Positions 31,884 through 43,217 are shown, counted from the stretch's first letter. The stretch: 64,000 nt of DNA from Chamaesiphon sp. (GCA_965246715.1 CBDFFH010000020.1:128001-192000), one strand, 5' to 3'. Notes: generated from the sequence alone by a model not told the origin. A program made the numbers and translations.

Positions 31884-33455
31884 ATGACTCAATATGACTA
31901 TATAGTAATCGGTGCGGGTTCGGCAGGCTGCGTGGTCGCCAACCGTCTGACTGAAGATCGCGAAACTACAGTGTTGTTGCTCGAAGCGGGCAACCCCGAT
32001 ACGAAACCAGAGATTCAAGTTCCGGCACAGTGTATCAGCTTACTAGGTTCTGAAGTGGACTGGAGCTATTTTTCCGAACCAGAACCAGGTCTAAATAACC
32101 GTAAGATGTTTTGTTCTCGTGGCAAAGTCTTGGGCGGCAGCAGTTCGATTAATTTCATGATGTATGTCCGAGGCAATCCTCACGATTATGACCATTGGCA
32201 GGAATTGGGGAATCCTGGTTGGAGCTACCAGGATATGTTGCCCTATTTCAAGAAATCCGAGCACCAACAGCGCGGAGCCGACGCATACCACGGGGTTGAT
32301 GGCGAGTTGAGCATCACCGATATTATGTCCCCTGCTGTGGTATCCCAGCGGTTTGTCGATGCCTGTGTATCGATGGGATCTGACTACAATCCTGATTTCA
32401 ACGGTACACAGCAGACAGGGGTGGGGTTCTATCAATTAACAGTCAAAGATGGCAAACGGCACAGTGCTGCGGCGGCTTTCTTGGTACCCATTCTCGAACG
32501 TCCCAATTTGACGATAACGACAGGCGCATTGGTGACTCGGTTGCTGTTTGAGGGCAACCGCGCCGTTGGAGTGGAATATCTGCATGATGGCACACTGCAC
32601 CAAGTCCGAGTTAACAAAGAAGTGGTGTTAAGTGCGGGTGCGTTCGATTCGCCTAAACTGCTGCTCCTGTCAGGGATTGGGGATGCAGAATACCTGCGAT
32701 CGATGGGGATTGCTGTCGTGGCTAATTTACCAGGTGTCGGTCAAAATCTCCAAGACCACCTGCTGGTGACGGTAGTTCGCGCCAGCACTCAAGATATTCA
32801 CCCAGCGATAACGAGTAATGGGATTGAAGCCGGATTATTTGCACACAGTGAGGGGAATCGGGATGTGGCACCTGACTTACAGTTCTTCGCTGGCCCCATT
32901 CTCTTCGCGCCTCCTGGCTATCCCCTCCCTGATTCGGGATTCACGGGTGCCGTCTCTTTGACTCGGCTTCAAAACGTTGGCAGTGTCAGTTTAAAGTCGA
33001 TCGATCCCCAAGATGCGCCAATAATGCGGATGAACTATCTCCAAAGTCAAGCCGATGTGCAAAAGCTGGTTGAGGGAATTAAACTCATCCGTCAATTGTT
33101 CGAGCATAGTGCTTTTGATGAGTTTCGCGGTGAGGAAATCGCCCCAGGTGCCAACGTAACTAGCGATGAAGCGATCGAAACATACGTCCGCGATGGTTGT
33201 AGCACTGTCTGGCATCCAGTCGGCACTTGCAAGATGGGTAACGACTCAATGGCAGTTGTAGACCCCGAACTACGGGTACATGGAATTGAGGGGCTGCGGG
33301 TCGTGGATGCCTCGATTATGCCAACAATTACGACAGGTAATACGAATGCACCGACGATCGCCATCGGCGAAAAAGCCGCCGATTTAATTAGAGCAGAGCG
33401 TACCTCACAAAGCATTGCCAATAAACTTAATCTTCAAGTTCCATCGTATCCCTAG
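31884..33455 (+). CDS. GMC oxidoreductase, paralog 2
   Basis: Same motifs as, and closely similar to, 2108-3667. Confidence 0.9.
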   Translation: MTQYDYIVIGAGSAGCVVANRLTEDRETTVLLLEAGNPDTKPEIQVPAQCISLLGSEVDWSYFSEPEPGLNNRKMFCSRGKVLGGSSSINFMMYVRGNPHDYDHWQELGNPGWSYQDMLPYFKKSEHQQRGADAYHGVDGELSITDIMSPAVVSQRFVDACVSMGSDYNPDFNGTQQTGVGFYQLTVKDGKRHSAAAAFLVPILERPNLTITTGALVTRLLFEGNRAVGVEYLHDGTLHQVRVNKEVVLSAGAFDSPKLLLLSGIGDAEYLRSMGIAVVANLPGVGQNLQDHLLVTVVRASTQDIHPAITSNGIEAGLFAHSEGNRDVAPDLQFFAGPILFAPPGYPLPDSGFTGAVSLTRLQNVGSVSLKSIDPQDAPIMRMNYLQSQADVQKLVEGIKLIRQLFEHSAFDEFRGEEIAPGANVTSDEAIETYVRDGCSTVWHPVGTCKMGNDSMAVVDPELRVHGIEGLRVVDASIMPTITTGNTNAPTIAIGEKAADLIRAERTSQSIANKLNLQVPSYP

Positions 33456-33535
33456 CGAAATTGGCGACGAAATTCTGGGTGTACCTGGAGATCTCTTTTA
33501 GAGGGCGTTATCACTTAAAAGGAAAACTAAAAACT

Positions 33536-34048
33536 ATGAATTCACAAACAGCTCAGACCATTACTGCTGACGAGTCGGCAATCCGTGATTTCCATCGCCA
33601 GATGATTGATGCTTGGAATCGAGGTAGCGGCGAAGGTTTCGCTGCCCCGTTCAGCGAAACTGCCGATTTCATCACGTTCGAGGGCACGCATCTCAAGGGT
33701 CGAAAAGAAATCGCTGCATTTCATCAGCAAGCGTTCGACACGGTTGTCAAAGGAACGCGCTTGGAGGGTGATGTGAATTTTGTCCGCCTCGTGAACTCGC
33801 AACTCGCGCTCATGCTCGTAGAGATCCGGGTAATACTGCCCGGACAAACCGAAACTTCACCGTCACGAGATTCGCTACCGCTATACGTCGCAACGAAACG
33901 CGACGAAGGTTGGCAGATCGAAGGGTTGCTCAATACCCGGAAGTTAACGCTAGAACGTCAATTCTTCTTAGATGACTTTGACTCACTGAGCGCAGAGGCT
34001 CAACGTCAAGTGACCGACATCGTTGCAGATCTCAAGCAGAGTCATTAA
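33536..34048 (+). CDS. SgcJ/EcaC (NTF2-like) family protein
   Basis: DAWNRGSGEGFAAPFSETADFITFEG..GRKEI. Confidence 0.75.
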   Translation: MNSQTAQTITADESAIRDFHRQMIDAWNRGSGEGFAAPFSETADFITFEGTHLKGRKEIAAFHQQAFDTVVKGTRLEGDVNFVRLVNSQLALMLVEIRVILPGQTETSPSRDSLPLYVATKRDEGWQIEGLLNTRKLTLERQFFLDDFDSLSAEAQRQVTDIVADLKQSH

Positions 34049-34079
34049 GCAGATCGTTTGTAATGTCAGGAAGACGCTT

Positions 34080-34991
34080 ATGAAACTGATTACGACACAA
34101 TTTGGGCGGCATTCCACTGCCGCTGAGGTAGTAGCAGGCATCGATCTCTTCAGCAAGCGGGCGATTGTCACCGGAGCGGCATCGGGCATCGGTGTAGAGA
34201 CGGCGCGGGCACTGGCTCACACTGGGGCTGATGTGACACTGGCGGTGCGGAACACTGACGCTGGAACGCAGACAGCGGCTGATATCACCGCGACCACTGG
34301 GAACCAGAACATTCATGTCGCCCCACTCGATCTAACCGATCGAGCCTCGATCGCCAAATTCGTCGCCGCATGGCATGAACCGCTGCATATCCTCGTCAAC
34401 AACGCGGGGGTAATGGCATCACCCGAACAGCACACGCCTGAGGGGTGGGAAATGCAGTTTGCCACCAACCACCTCGGACACTTTGCCCTAGCACTCGGAC
34501 TCCACGACGCGCTGGCTGCGGACGGTGCCGCCCGGATCGTGTCCGTCAGTTCTAGCGGACACATGCTCTCGCCGATCGTATTTGATGATATCCACTTCGC
34601 GTTTCGCGCCTACGACCCGTGGCTGGCATACGGGCAGTCCAAAACAGCGAATGTGCTGTTCGCCGTCGGTGCCACCAAACGTTGGTTTGGGGATGGTATC
34701 ACTGCTAATGCGCTGATGCCTGGTGCGATCGCCACCAACCTCCAACGTTATATCGGCGTTATTCAAACCCCGCCAGAGCGGAGGAAGACACCGGAACAAG
34801 GTGCTGCTACTTCCGTTCTACTGGCAACCTCCCCACTGCTGGAAGGCATCGGCGGTCGTTATTTCGCGGACTGCAATGAAGCCGCGATCGTGCCCCAGCG
34901 AACCAAAGACTACAGCGGTGTTGCCCCCTACGCCCTCAACCCAGACAACGCCGAGCGGCTCTGGGAGGACTCGTTACACCTGCTCGCCTAA
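34080..34991 (+). CDS. SDR (retinol dehydrogenase-like) oxidoreductase
   Basis: TGAASGIG, NNAGVM, FATNHLGHF, YGQSK. Confidence 0.88.
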   Translation: MKLITTQFGRHSTAAEVVAGIDLFSKRAIVTGAASGIGVETARALAHTGADVTLAVRNTDAGTQTAADITATTGNQNIHVAPLDLTDRASIAKFVAAWHEPLHILVNNAGVMASPEQHTPEGWEMQFATNHLGHFALALGLHDALAADGAARIVSVSSSGHMLSPIVFDDIHFAFRAYDPWLAYGQSKTANVLFAVGATKRWFGDGITANALMPGAIATNLQRYIGVIQTPPERRKTPEQGAATSVLLATSPLLEGIGGRYFADCNEAAIVPQRTKDYSGVAPYALNPDNAERLWEDSLHLLA

Positions 34992-35025
34992 CAATCGAAT
35001 GCCCTTCAAAACTTGGGATCTAAAA

Positions 35026-35676
35026 ATGAAACTCATCTCTGTCAATGTCGGACTACCGCGTGAAGTGACCTGGAAAGGAAAAACCGTTAGCACTGGAATT
35101 TTCAAACAGCCAGTCAACGAACGGGTGATGGTGCGATCGCTCAATTTAGACGGCGACGGACAGGCAGATCTCACCGTTCATGGGGGATTAGACAAAGCAG
35201 TCTACGTCTATCCGTTCGAGCATTACGATTACTGGCGAGGTGAATTGCCTCAGACTGAGCTGCCGCTGGGCATCTTTGGTGAAAATTTCACCACCACTGG
35301 ACTCACAGAAGCGGACGTGAATATTGGCGATCGATTTGGGATCGGCACTGTCAAATTGATGGTGACACAACCGCGTCTGCCCTGCTACAAACTGGGGATT
35401 CGGTTTGGACGACCCGATATGGTGAAACGCTTTCTCGCTAGTCGTCGTACCGGATTTTACTTCCGTGTGTTAGAAGAGGGCGAAGTCGGAGTTGGGGATA
35501 CTCTAGAGCTGGAGAGCCGAGACGAGAATAAGATCGCGGTTGCCGATATTACTCAACTTTATGTGCGTGAGGAAGACAATCCAGAGCTACTTCACCGCGC
35601 TGCTCGACTTGAAGCATTACCTACAAGTTGGCGTGACTACTTCCAGGAACAAAGTCGTCGTCAGGATGCGAGCTAA
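35026..35676 (+). CDS. MOSC domain protein (YiiM-like)
   Basis: [33 protein letters not shown]. Confidence 0.85.
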   Translation: MKLISVNVGLPREVTWKGKTVSTGIFKQPVNERVMVRSLNLDGDGQADLTVHGGLDKAVYVYPFEHYDYWRGELPQTELPLGIFGENFTTTGLTEADVNIGDRFGIGTVKLMVTQPRLPCYKLGIRFGRPDMVKRFLASRRTGFYFRVLEEGEVGVGDTLELESRDENKIAVADITQLYVREEDNPELLHRAARLEALPTSWRDYFQEQSRRQDAS

Positions 35677-35734
35677 ATTAACCAGCCATCAAACGCTGCC
35701 ATTTTACCTTTATAAACTTACAAGGAGCCAAGTT

Positions 35735-36604
35735 ATGACTACATTTCATACCGTTTCGATCGATGGTTTAGATATTTTCTACCGAGAAGCTGGTTCCCGT
35801 AGTAATCCCACGATTCTGCTGTTGCACGGCTTCCCAACTTCCTCTCACATGTTCCGCAACTTGATACCAGCACTTGCCGATAAATTCCATCTGGTTGCCC
35901 CCGACTATCCTGGCTTTGGTAATAGCTCGATGCCAAGTGTGAACGAGTTTGACTACACATTCGATCGGCTGGCTGAGATCGTGGAGAAATTCATTACCGC
36001 GATCGACCTCAAGAAATACAGCCTTTACGTAATGGATTACGGTGCGCCCATTGGCTACCGGATTGCAGCAAAATATCCCGAACGAGTGCAAGCATTAATT
36101 GTGCAAAATGGCAATGCCTACGAGGAAGGTCTGCGCGAATTTTGGGAGCCGATCGAGGCATATTGGCAAGATCGATCGCCTGAAAATGCTAGCAAGCTCG
36201 CTCACCTTGTCACCCTAGAAGCTACTAAGTGGCAGTATACTAACGGCGTTCGCAATCTGGAATCGATTAGCCCTGACACCTGGAATATGGATCAACCCTT
36301 ACTCGATCGCCCTGGCAACGATGAGATTCAACTGGCACTGCTGTATAGCTATGGCACGAATCCACCGTTATACCCGCAATGGCAAGAGTATTTCCGCAAA
36401 TATCAGCCACCCACCCTGATTGTTTGGGGCAAGAACGACTATATCTTCCCTGCCGAAGGTGCTTATCCCTACCAGCACGACTTGAAAGACGTTGAGTTTC
36501 ATTTACTCGATACCGGACACTTTGCACTGGAAGAAGATGGGGATGCGATCGCTAACTACATCGGTCAATTTCTCACCTCACGACTACAACCTATCCCTGT
36601 CTAA
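35735..36604 (+). CDS. Alpha/beta hydrolase (epoxide hydrolase/dehalogenase-like)
   Basis: [20 protein letters not shown]. Confidence 0.88.
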   Translation: MTTFHTVSIDGLDIFYREAGSRSNPTILLLHGFPTSSHMFRNLIPALADKFHLVAPDYPGFGNSSMPSVNEFDYTFDRLAEIVEKFITAIDLKKYSLYVMDYGAPIGYRIAAKYPERVQALIVQNGNAYEEGLREFWEPIEAYWQDRSPENASKLAHLVTLEATKWQYTNGVRNLESISPDTWNMDQPLLDRPGNDEIQLALLYSYGTNPPLYPQWQEYFRKYQPPTLIVWGKNDYIFPAEGAYPYQHDLKDVEFHLLDTGHFALEEDGDAIANYIGQFLTSRLQPIPV

Positions 36605-36699
36605 GGAGTAACTCCATGACTATATTTCGCACAGTTGCGATCGATCTACGAAGATATCTAGATCGTCGCCACCAGCAACGATCTAGATACTGTCAATGG

Positions 36700-36723
36700 T
36701 GGATTAGGGCAATGCCTAATCCA
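36700..36723. repeat. Intergenic hairpin
   Basis: TGGATTAGG-GCAATG-CCTAATCCA. Confidence 0.45.
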
Positions 36724-36805
36724 CACCAGGCAATCTATTAAGCCAGTTAGATTGACAGTGCCATTTCAACAGATTATTTACGATCCATCAACCACAGGAG
36801 AACTT

Positions 36806-37801
36806 ATGATTGCTCAAGCAACCTCTCAAGCAGTGAAAGTTTTGGAAGTCGCAGACGATCCGCGTCTTTCCAAAGAAGTGAAGGCATTTTTGGCATTATT
36901 GAATTCTGGGGGCGTGCCTTTAGAGACATTAACTCCAGTCGAAGCGCGTCAAGTGCTAGTGGATGCACAAGCTTCCGTCAAAGTGGATCTTTCAGGCATT
37001 GACGAGTCCGAACAGATGATTACCGCTGACGGTTATCCGATTACACTCAATATTGTGCGACCTGAAGGTGTCAAAGGCACATTGCCTGTGTTCATCTTTA
37101 TTCACGGCGGCGGTTGGGTGCTGGGCGATTACCCAACGCACAAACGCATGGTGCGCGATCTCGTCGTACTCTCAGGTTTTGCGGCTGTCTTTGTCAACTA
37201 CACTCGCACCCCAGATGCTCGGTATCCCCAGGCAATTAATGAGATCTATGCCGCGACCAAATGGGTCGCCGAGCATGGTGAGGAGATTGATGTTGACGGC
37301 AAAAATCTGGCTGTTGTCGGCAACAGTGTCGGCGGTAACATGACGGCTGTAACCGCTTTGATGGCGAAAACCAAAGGGGGGCCGCACATTAAGTTGCAAA
37401 TTATGATGTGGCCGATCGTCGCCGCTAATTTTGACACGGATTCTTATCAACAATTTGGCGAGCAACGGTACCTAACCACACCCTTGATGAAGTGGATGTA
37501 TGACATGTACATCGCCGACCCAGAAAAACGCCAAGACATCTATGCCTCTCCCCTCCAGGCTACGATCGAGCAACTCAAAGGATTGCCGCCAGCGTTAATT
37601 CAGGTAGCGGAAAGCGATGTCCTGCGGGATGGAGGCGAAGCGTATGGACGCAAGCTGGATGAAGCTGGGGTAAAAGTGACAACCGTGCGTTACAACGGCA
37701 TGATTCATGACTTTGGACTGCTGAATGGTTTAGCTGAGGTTCCGGCGGTTCGGTCTCTTTTTGTCCAAGCAGCCGCCGAACTGAAGAAGTATCTGCAATA
37801 G
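36806..37801 (+). CDS. HSL-family esterase/lipase
   Basis: HGGGW, GNSVGG, DVLRD, HDF. Confidence 0.88.
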   Translation: MIAQATSQAVKVLEVADDPRLSKEVKAFLALLNSGGVPLETLTPVEARQVLVDAQASVKVDLSGIDESEQMITADGYPITLNIVRPEGVKGTLPVFIFIHGGGWVLGDYPTHKRMVRDLVVLSGFAAVFVNYTRTPDARYPQAINEIYAATKWVAEHGEEIDVDGKNLAVVGNSVGGNMTAVTALMAKTKGGPHIKLQIMMWPIVAANFDTDSYQQFGEQRYLTTPLMKWMYDMYIADPEKRQDIYASPLQATIEQLKGLPPALIQVAESDVLRDGGEAYGRKLDEAGVKVTTVRYNGMIHDFGLLNGLAEVPAVRSLFVQAAAELKKYLQ

Positions 37802-37810
37802 GGCACGACG

Positions 37811-37948
37811 CAATACATTTCGGTTAAGTCTAAATCTCGATCGTTTTTAGTCCGCGTTCGCGGACTTTGCCTCACAAGCGGCGGTTTGCGTCGCGCTATC
37901 GTCGGGTTTCTCGATGGTTTAGCGCGACTGACTACCCGAACTTTATTG
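37811..37948. repeat. Degenerate MITE-like element with nested hairpins
   Basis: Ends CAATACATTTCGG / CCGAACTTTATTG (11/13 inverted); internal GTCCGC..GCGGAC and GTCGCGCTA..TAGCGCGAC stems. Confidence 0.45.
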
Positions 37949-37974
37949 ACACCACTCTGAGGTACCTAACCGCC

Positions 37975-38406
37975 ATGACCGACCATACCCCATTCGCCAC
38001 CAGTGCCTCTGCCCAAAGTGCCAAGGATATTCGCGGCGCATCACCGTTAATCGCGATCGACAACGAAGCACCCGCCAAGCTGATTGTCGATCCACCGTTG
38101 CCCGAACCACTCGCTCAGGGTCGCGTGTTTATCCAGTATCGGACGGAAAACCTGCGCGTGTTGCCCGTATTCGGCAAAGGTGCCCTCGAAGTATCGCCCC
38201 GCATCGGTCATATCCACATTACCGTTGACGATGCACCGTGGCATTTTGTTGACGCTAGCGGCGAAACGATCATCCTGGTGGGACTGGAACCTGGCTCGCA
38301 CCAAGTGCGGATCGAACTAGCCGACCCCACCCACCAAGTAATCGCCAGTGAAACGGTGAGGTTCGTGCTGCCCAATCCTCAGCAAGGAGAGAACCGTGGA
38401 CACTGA
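37975..38406 (+). CDS. Conserved hypothetical protein (DUF6130-like)
   Basis: SPRIGHIHITVDD..WH..LADPTH; family name recalled, not verified. Confidence 0.6.
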   Translation: MTDHTPFATSASAQSAKDIRGASPLIAIDNEAPAKLIVDPPLPEPLAQGRVFIQYRTENLRVLPVFGKGALEVSPRIGHIHITVDDAPWHFVDASGETIILVGLEPGSHQVRIELADPTHQVIASETVRFVLPNPQQGENRGH

Positions 38407-39784
38407 ATACTATGACGACATTATTATCAGTGGCGGCAAAGCCGGAAAAACCTTGGCACCCGTGCTGGTAGCTAAAGGACGGAAAACCGCTCTCGTCGAA
38501 CGCAGTTTAAGCACGATTGGAGGCGGGTGCATCAATCTTGCCTGTATTCCTACCAAAACAATGGTAGCCAGCGCGGAGATCGCCAACACTGTGCGACACA
38601 GCGCAGCTTATGGGATCGATACGACACCGCCTACCGTCGATCTAGCAACAGTAATTCAACGCAAACGATCGGTTGTCGAATCGGCACGCGCAACGAATTT
38701 GCACAATCTAGAAACGGCTCTCGATCGCGATCTCATTATTGGCACAGCGCGGTTTGTGGCTCCTAAAACCATTGAAGCGATCGCGACGGATGGCACCACT
38801 CGCTTACTCACCGCCGAACGATTGTTTATCAATACAGGTACGCGACCCCTAATTCCAGCCATACCTGGACTCAAAGAGATCGGGTTCTTGACGAGTGAGT
38901 CGATGATGGAGCTAGCACAATTGCCCGAACACCTCATCGTGCTCGGTAGTGGCTATATTGGGTTAGAGTTTGCTCAGATGTTCCGTCGCTTTGGCTGTCG
39001 CGTTACCGTAATTGGGCAAAGCGATCGAATTCTGTCATCTCAAGATCCCGATCTGGCGATCGCCGTTCAATCGCTGCTAGAACGTGAAGGAATTGAATTC
39101 TTGCTCGCTGCGAAGGTGTTGAGGGTCGTTCGCGTTGGCAATGAAACCAGCCTGCAAATTCAGGTAGGCGATCGTCAGATAAGTCTTCAGGGTTCGCATT
39201 TGCTCGTTGCTGTGGGTCGCGCAGCTACTACCGATACCTTAAACTTAACGGCTGCGGGGATAGCAACCGACGCATTTGGATTTATTCGAGTCAACGAGCG
39301 ATTAGAGACCAACATACCGGGGATTTGGGCATTAGGCGACATCAATGGCGGCCCCCAATATACCCATGTGTCGCTCGACGATTATCGGATTATCAAAGCG
39401 AATCTAATCGACGGTGGCAACCGCAGTACACGCGATCGTCCGATTCCCTCCTGTCTGTTCATCGATCCAGAACTGGCTCATGTGGGGCTGACCGAAACCG
39501 AAGCGCAGCAACAAGGGTATACCATCCGCGTGGCGAAAATATGTGCCTCAGCCATTCCCAGAGCGCAAACACTGGGTCGAACCGATGGACTGCTCAAAGC
39601 GATCGTGGATGCTAAGACAGGACATATCCTCGGTTGTTCGCTCTTGTGCCACTCAGCGGGTGAAATGATTTCAACCGTGCAGATGGTGATGCAGGCGCAG
39701 ATGCCCTACACCGTTTTACGCGATGGCGTGTTGACGCATCCCACCATGACCGAAGGATTAAATTTGCTGTTCTCAAAGTTGTAA
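38396..39784 (+). CDS. Pyridine nucleotide-disulfide oxidoreductase (RclA/MerA-like)
   Basis: GGGCINLACIPTK, GSGYIGLE, GDINGG, HPTMTE; no C-terminal Cys pair. Confidence 0.88.
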   Translation: MDTEYYDDIIISGGKAGKTLAPVLVAKGRKTALVERSLSTIGGGCINLACIPTKTMVASAEIANTVRHSAAYGIDTTPPTVDLATVIQRKRSVVESARATNLHNLETALDRDLIIGTARFVAPKTIEAIATDGTTRLLTAERLFINTGTRPLIPAIPGLKEIGFLTSESMMELAQLPEHLIVLGSGYIGLEFAQMFRRFGCRVTVIGQSDRILSSQDPDLAIAVQSLLEREGIEFLLAAKVLRVVRVGNETSLQIQVGDRQISLQGSHLLVAVGRAATTDTLNLTAAGIATDAFGFIRVNERLETNIPGIWALGDINGGPQYTHVSLDDYRIIKANLIDGGNRSTRDRPIPSCLFIDPELAHVGLTETEAQQQGYTIRVAKICASAIPRAQTLGRTDGLLKAIVDAKTGHILGCSLLCHSAGEMISTVQMVMQAQMPYTVLRDGVLTHPTMTEGLNLLFSKL

Positions 39785-39883
39785 GGCAGCAAGAGCAGAC
39801 ACCTCACGATCGGTTTTTTAGCAATGTGGTCGCAACCGTTGCAGATGAATCTTTCAAACTCAATAACTACAGGACTTATCATC

Positions 39884-40633
39884 ATGAACAAACTAGACGG
39901 AAAAATCGCGCTGGTCACTGGCGGCACTAGCGGCATTGGTCTTGCCACCGCCAAGCGTTTCGTGTCTGAAGGAGCATATGTCTTCATCACGGGTCGTCGT
40001 CAAACTGAACTGGATGCCGCCGTAACAGAGATTGGCAAAAATGTCACGGGTGTGCAGAGCGATGTCTCTAATCTAGCAGATCTCGATCGCCTGTTCGCCA
40101 AGATCGAGCAAGCGCAAGGACACCTTGATGTAGTCTTCGCCAATGCTGGCGGTGGAGAAATCGCCCCACTTGGCTCGATTACTGAAGAACACTTTGACAA
40201 AACGTTCGACACCAACGTCAAAGGGTTACTGTTTACCGTCCAAAAGGCACTGCCGCTGCTGCGAGAGGGTGCTGCGATCATCCTGAACGCCTCGACTGCT
40301 TCTACGGTAGGTACCCCAGCCTTCAGCATCTACAGCGCGACCAAAGCCGCAGTGAGATCGTTTGCCCGTAATTGGACACTCGACCTTAAAGATCGCCAGA
40401 TCCGGGTTAACGCCATTAGTCCTGGCGTGGTGCCGACTCCTGGCTACAATCTTCTAGGACTGAGTGATGAGCAGGTGCAGGAATTCGTAGACAGCCAAGC
40501 CAGCACTATCCCACTGGGAAGAGTTGGTACGCCCGATGAGATCGCCAAAGCAGTGGTCTTTCTCGCTTCAGACGACAGCAGCTTTGTGAATGGGATCGAG
40601 CTGTTTGTCGATGGTGGTATGGCACAGATTTGA
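39884..40633 (+). CDS. SDR family oxidoreductase
   Basis: [21 protein letters not shown]. Confidence 0.9.
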   Translation: MNKLDGKIALVTGGTSGIGLATAKRFVSEGAYVFITGRRQTELDAAVTEIGKNVTGVQSDVSNLADLDRLFAKIEQAQGHLDVVFANAGGGEIAPLGSITEEHFDKTFDTNVKGLLFTVQKALPLLREGAAIILNASTASTVGTPAFSIYSATKAAVRSFARNWTLDLKDRQIRVNAISPGVVPTPGYNLLGLSDEQVQEFVDSQASTIPLGRVGTPDEIAKAVVFLASDDSSFVNGIELFVDGGMAQI

Positions 40634-40746
40634 AACGTTCACTTTTCGCCCAGCTTAGAGTGCTCAAAGGGGCGATCGCAAAGACCAGCCTTGTCACGAG
40701 TGGATCGCCCTTTGCCCGACTGAATATTAACGAAGGAGAAACTGAA

Positions 40747-41198
40747 ATGGACACGAACAATGAACGAGCAATTCGCCACCTCTACCATGTGGCAGAAGCT
40801 GAGTACGAGGATCTGAAGGCTTTTGTTGCCTGTTTCACAGCGGACGGAAATTTATCGATATGTCATCGGGCATCACCCTTCACGGCCCGGACGAGTTGTG
40901 AAAGTCAGTCGCTGTGATGTCGAAGGCTTTTCCCGACATACAGCGGGAAATCCACCACCTGCACGTCGTGGGTGATGTTGTCATCGTCGAGCTGACGTTG
41001 CAGGGAACGCATACGGGGCCACTTACCTTGCCTATCGGGACTATCCCTGCTTCAGGCAAGACGATGCACGCGCCGTGCTGCGATATATTTCGGCTTGTAA
41101 ATGGGAAAGTCAAGTTTTTCGATTGCTACAACGAAATGTCAGTCATCTTGGCTCAGCTCGGCGTGCTATCGAATCTGCAAGGCGCGCTGGTGCCTTGA
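40747..41198 (+). pseudogene. SnoaL-like/ester cyclase pseudogene
   Basis: AFPDI..GTHTGPL..SGK; frameshift near 40848 plus in-frame TGA at 40899-40901. Confidence 0.75.
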
Positions 41199-41238
41199 GC
41201 ATCGACTCACTAAATTCACTCACTTTAGAGGTAATTAA

Positions 41239-41952
41239 ATGGTTACTATAGCTATCCACACAATTCACGACCGCAATCTCCGAGGACATAGTAAAATCGG
41301 CTGGCTCGATAGCTGGCAAACCTTTTCATTTAGTGGTTTTCAAGATCCCAATCGGATGGGTTTTCGATCGCTGCGGGTAATTAATGACGATCGCGTGACT
41401 CCAGGTGCTGGTTTTGGCACCCACGGGCACAAAGACATGGAGATTCTCACCTATGTTTTAGAAGGTGAATTGGCACATAAAGACAGTCTGGGCACTGGCT
41501 CGGTCATTCGCCCTGGCGATGTCCAAATTATGAGTGCAGGGACGGGGATTCAACACAGTGAATTTAATAATTCCGAGTCCAATCCCGTCCATTTTCTCCA
41601 AATTTGGATGTTACCCGATCGCAATAATATTACCCCACGCTACGACCAAAAGGATTTTCCCCTAGCCGAAAAACAGGGCAAACTCCGGCTAGTTGGTTCC
41701 AAAGATGGGCGAGATGGTTCGGTAATAATTAATCAAGATATCGATCTCTATGTCTCGGTGCTATCAGCAGGCGATCTGGTGAAGTTTGATGTAGCCCAAA
41801 ATCGGTTTGCTTGGATTCAAGTCGCACGCGGTATGGCAACGCTCAACGGCGAATCATTGCGTGAAGGTGATGGGGTGCAAATCAACAGTCCAGAATTGCT
41901 GGAACTAAGCACCGAATCTAATGCTGAAATTTTGTTATTCGACTTGTCTTGA
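41239..41952 (+). CDS. Pirin family protein, copy 1 (no insert)
   Basis: LRVINDD, HGHKDMEI, AGTGIQHSE, QIW. Confidence 0.92.
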   Translation: MVTIAIHTIHDRNLRGHSKIGWLDSWQTFSFSGFQDPNRMGFRSLRVINDDRVTPGAGFGTHGHKDMEILTYVLEGELAHKDSLGTGSVIRPGDVQIMSAGTGIQHSEFNNSESNPVHFLQIWMLPDRNNITPRYDQKDFPLAEKQGKLRLVGSKDGRDGSVIINQDIDLYVSVLSAGDLVKFDVAQNRFAWIQVARGMATLNGESLREGDGVQINSPELLELSTESNAEILLFDLS

Positions 41953-41998
41953 AACTTACTTTTGTGGACATTCTGAAGGATGCCATTACTACTTGTCG

Positions 41999-42022
41999 TT
42001 CGCGTAGCGTCCGCTTTGCGGA
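41999..42022 (+). mobile_element. 24-nt double-hairpin mini-element (intergenic)
   Basis: CG^[TTCGCGTAGCGTCCGCTTTGCGGA]ATCG; absent from the paralogous segment near 46481-46490. Confidence 0.85.
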
Positions 42023-42078
42023 ATCGGCATGTCTCAAGTAAGGTAAACAGTTTAATTTACACATGAGGAAGTTTCGAT

Positions 42079-43020
42079 ATGGTCATTTCCACTGGCAATC
42101 TACCTGCTACAAACCTATTTCCTAGTTTGCCTCTATCATCATGGCAGGATACTTATACTGTCCTGCACCTCTGGACTCAGATCGTTGGCAAAATTCGGCT
42201 GGCACTGTCTCCCAACGTTAATCACTGGTGGCACTCGACCCTCTACGTGACCCCACGCGGACTGACAACTGGGACAATTCCCTACAAAACTCGCATTATA
42301 GAGATCCGGTTTGACTTTATTGATCGCCAGTTGCACATTGAATCGAGCGATGGCGCAAGCCAGACCGTTGAACTGATGCCGCGATCTGTAGCGAATTTCT
42401 ACCAAGCCGTGATGACAGCCTTGAAAGAAATCGATATTGAAGTGCGGATTTGGACGATGCCCCAAGAAATCGCCAATCCCATCCCCTTCGAGCGAGATAA
42501 CGAACATGCTACTTACGATCCAGAATCTGCCCAGCGATTTTGGCAGATTTTGGTACAAACCGATCGCATTCTGAGCACCTTTCGATCGAACTTCATTGGC
42601 AAATCCAGTCCAGTCCATTTTTTCTGGGGGAGTTTCGATCTCGCCATCACCCGTTTCTCTGGACGAACCGCGCCCCAGCATCCCGGCGGGGTGCCAGGAA
42701 TGGCGGATTGGGTGACGCGAGAAGCTTACTCCCATGAGGTCAGTAGCTGCGGTTTCTGGGCGGGAGATAAAGCTGTGACGGAGGCGGTTTTTTACGCCTA
42801 CGCTTATCCCGAACCGTCCGCCTTTCAAACCTATCCGATTCAGCCCAAGGAGGCGTTTTACAATGCCCAGATGCGAGAGTTTGTCTTGCCCTATGAGACA
42901 GTACGGCAAGCAGCCGATCCAGAAGCAATGCTACTAACGTTTCTGCAAAGCACCTATGAGGCGGCGGCAAATTCAGCCCATTGGGAGCGAGGATTGCTAG
43001 AGCGATCTCCAGGCTCATAA
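42079..43020 (+). CDS. Conserved hypothetical protein (DUF5996-like)
   Basis: LHLWTQIVGK, NHWWH, PVHFFWGSFDLA, EAYSHE, FYAYAYP. Confidence 0.7.
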   Translation: MVISTGNLPATNLFPSLPLSSWQDTYTVLHLWTQIVGKIRLALSPNVNHWWHSTLYVTPRGLTTGTIPYKTRIIEIRFDFIDRQLHIESSDGASQTVELMPRSVANFYQAVMTALKEIDIEVRIWTMPQEIANPIPFERDNEHATYDPESAQRFWQILVQTDRILSTFRSNFIGKSSPVHFFWGSFDLAITRFSGRTAPQHPGGVPGMADWVTREAYSHEVSSCGFWAGDKAVTEAVFYAYAYPEPSAFQTYPIQPKEAFYNAQMREFVLPYETVRQAADPEAMLLTFLQSTYEAAANSAHWERGLLERSPGS

Positions 43021-43217
43021 ATAGAAAGGAAAAAGAATTACAAACGTTTTAACTGTGTAACATAAGATAGCTACCGGATAAATGTCAAAACCTGCTTTGG
43101 TAGTTGGTGTATTGGATTCTGATAGACAATCCTCACTGTTTTTATTCAGACAAATCGTTTTTGATTAAAAATAAAAGATAAATTTTTGTGAGTAAAAATA
43201 GATTGAGAACAGCAAAA

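Noticed and set aside
38396..39784. Mercuric reductase (merA) call for this and the 10118 gene
   Set aside because: No C-terminal Cys pair and no mer operon genes nearby.
42139..42909. 256-aa antisense ORF and the many other short overlapping ORFs
   Set aside because: Shadow frames of well-supported genes with no recognisable motifs.
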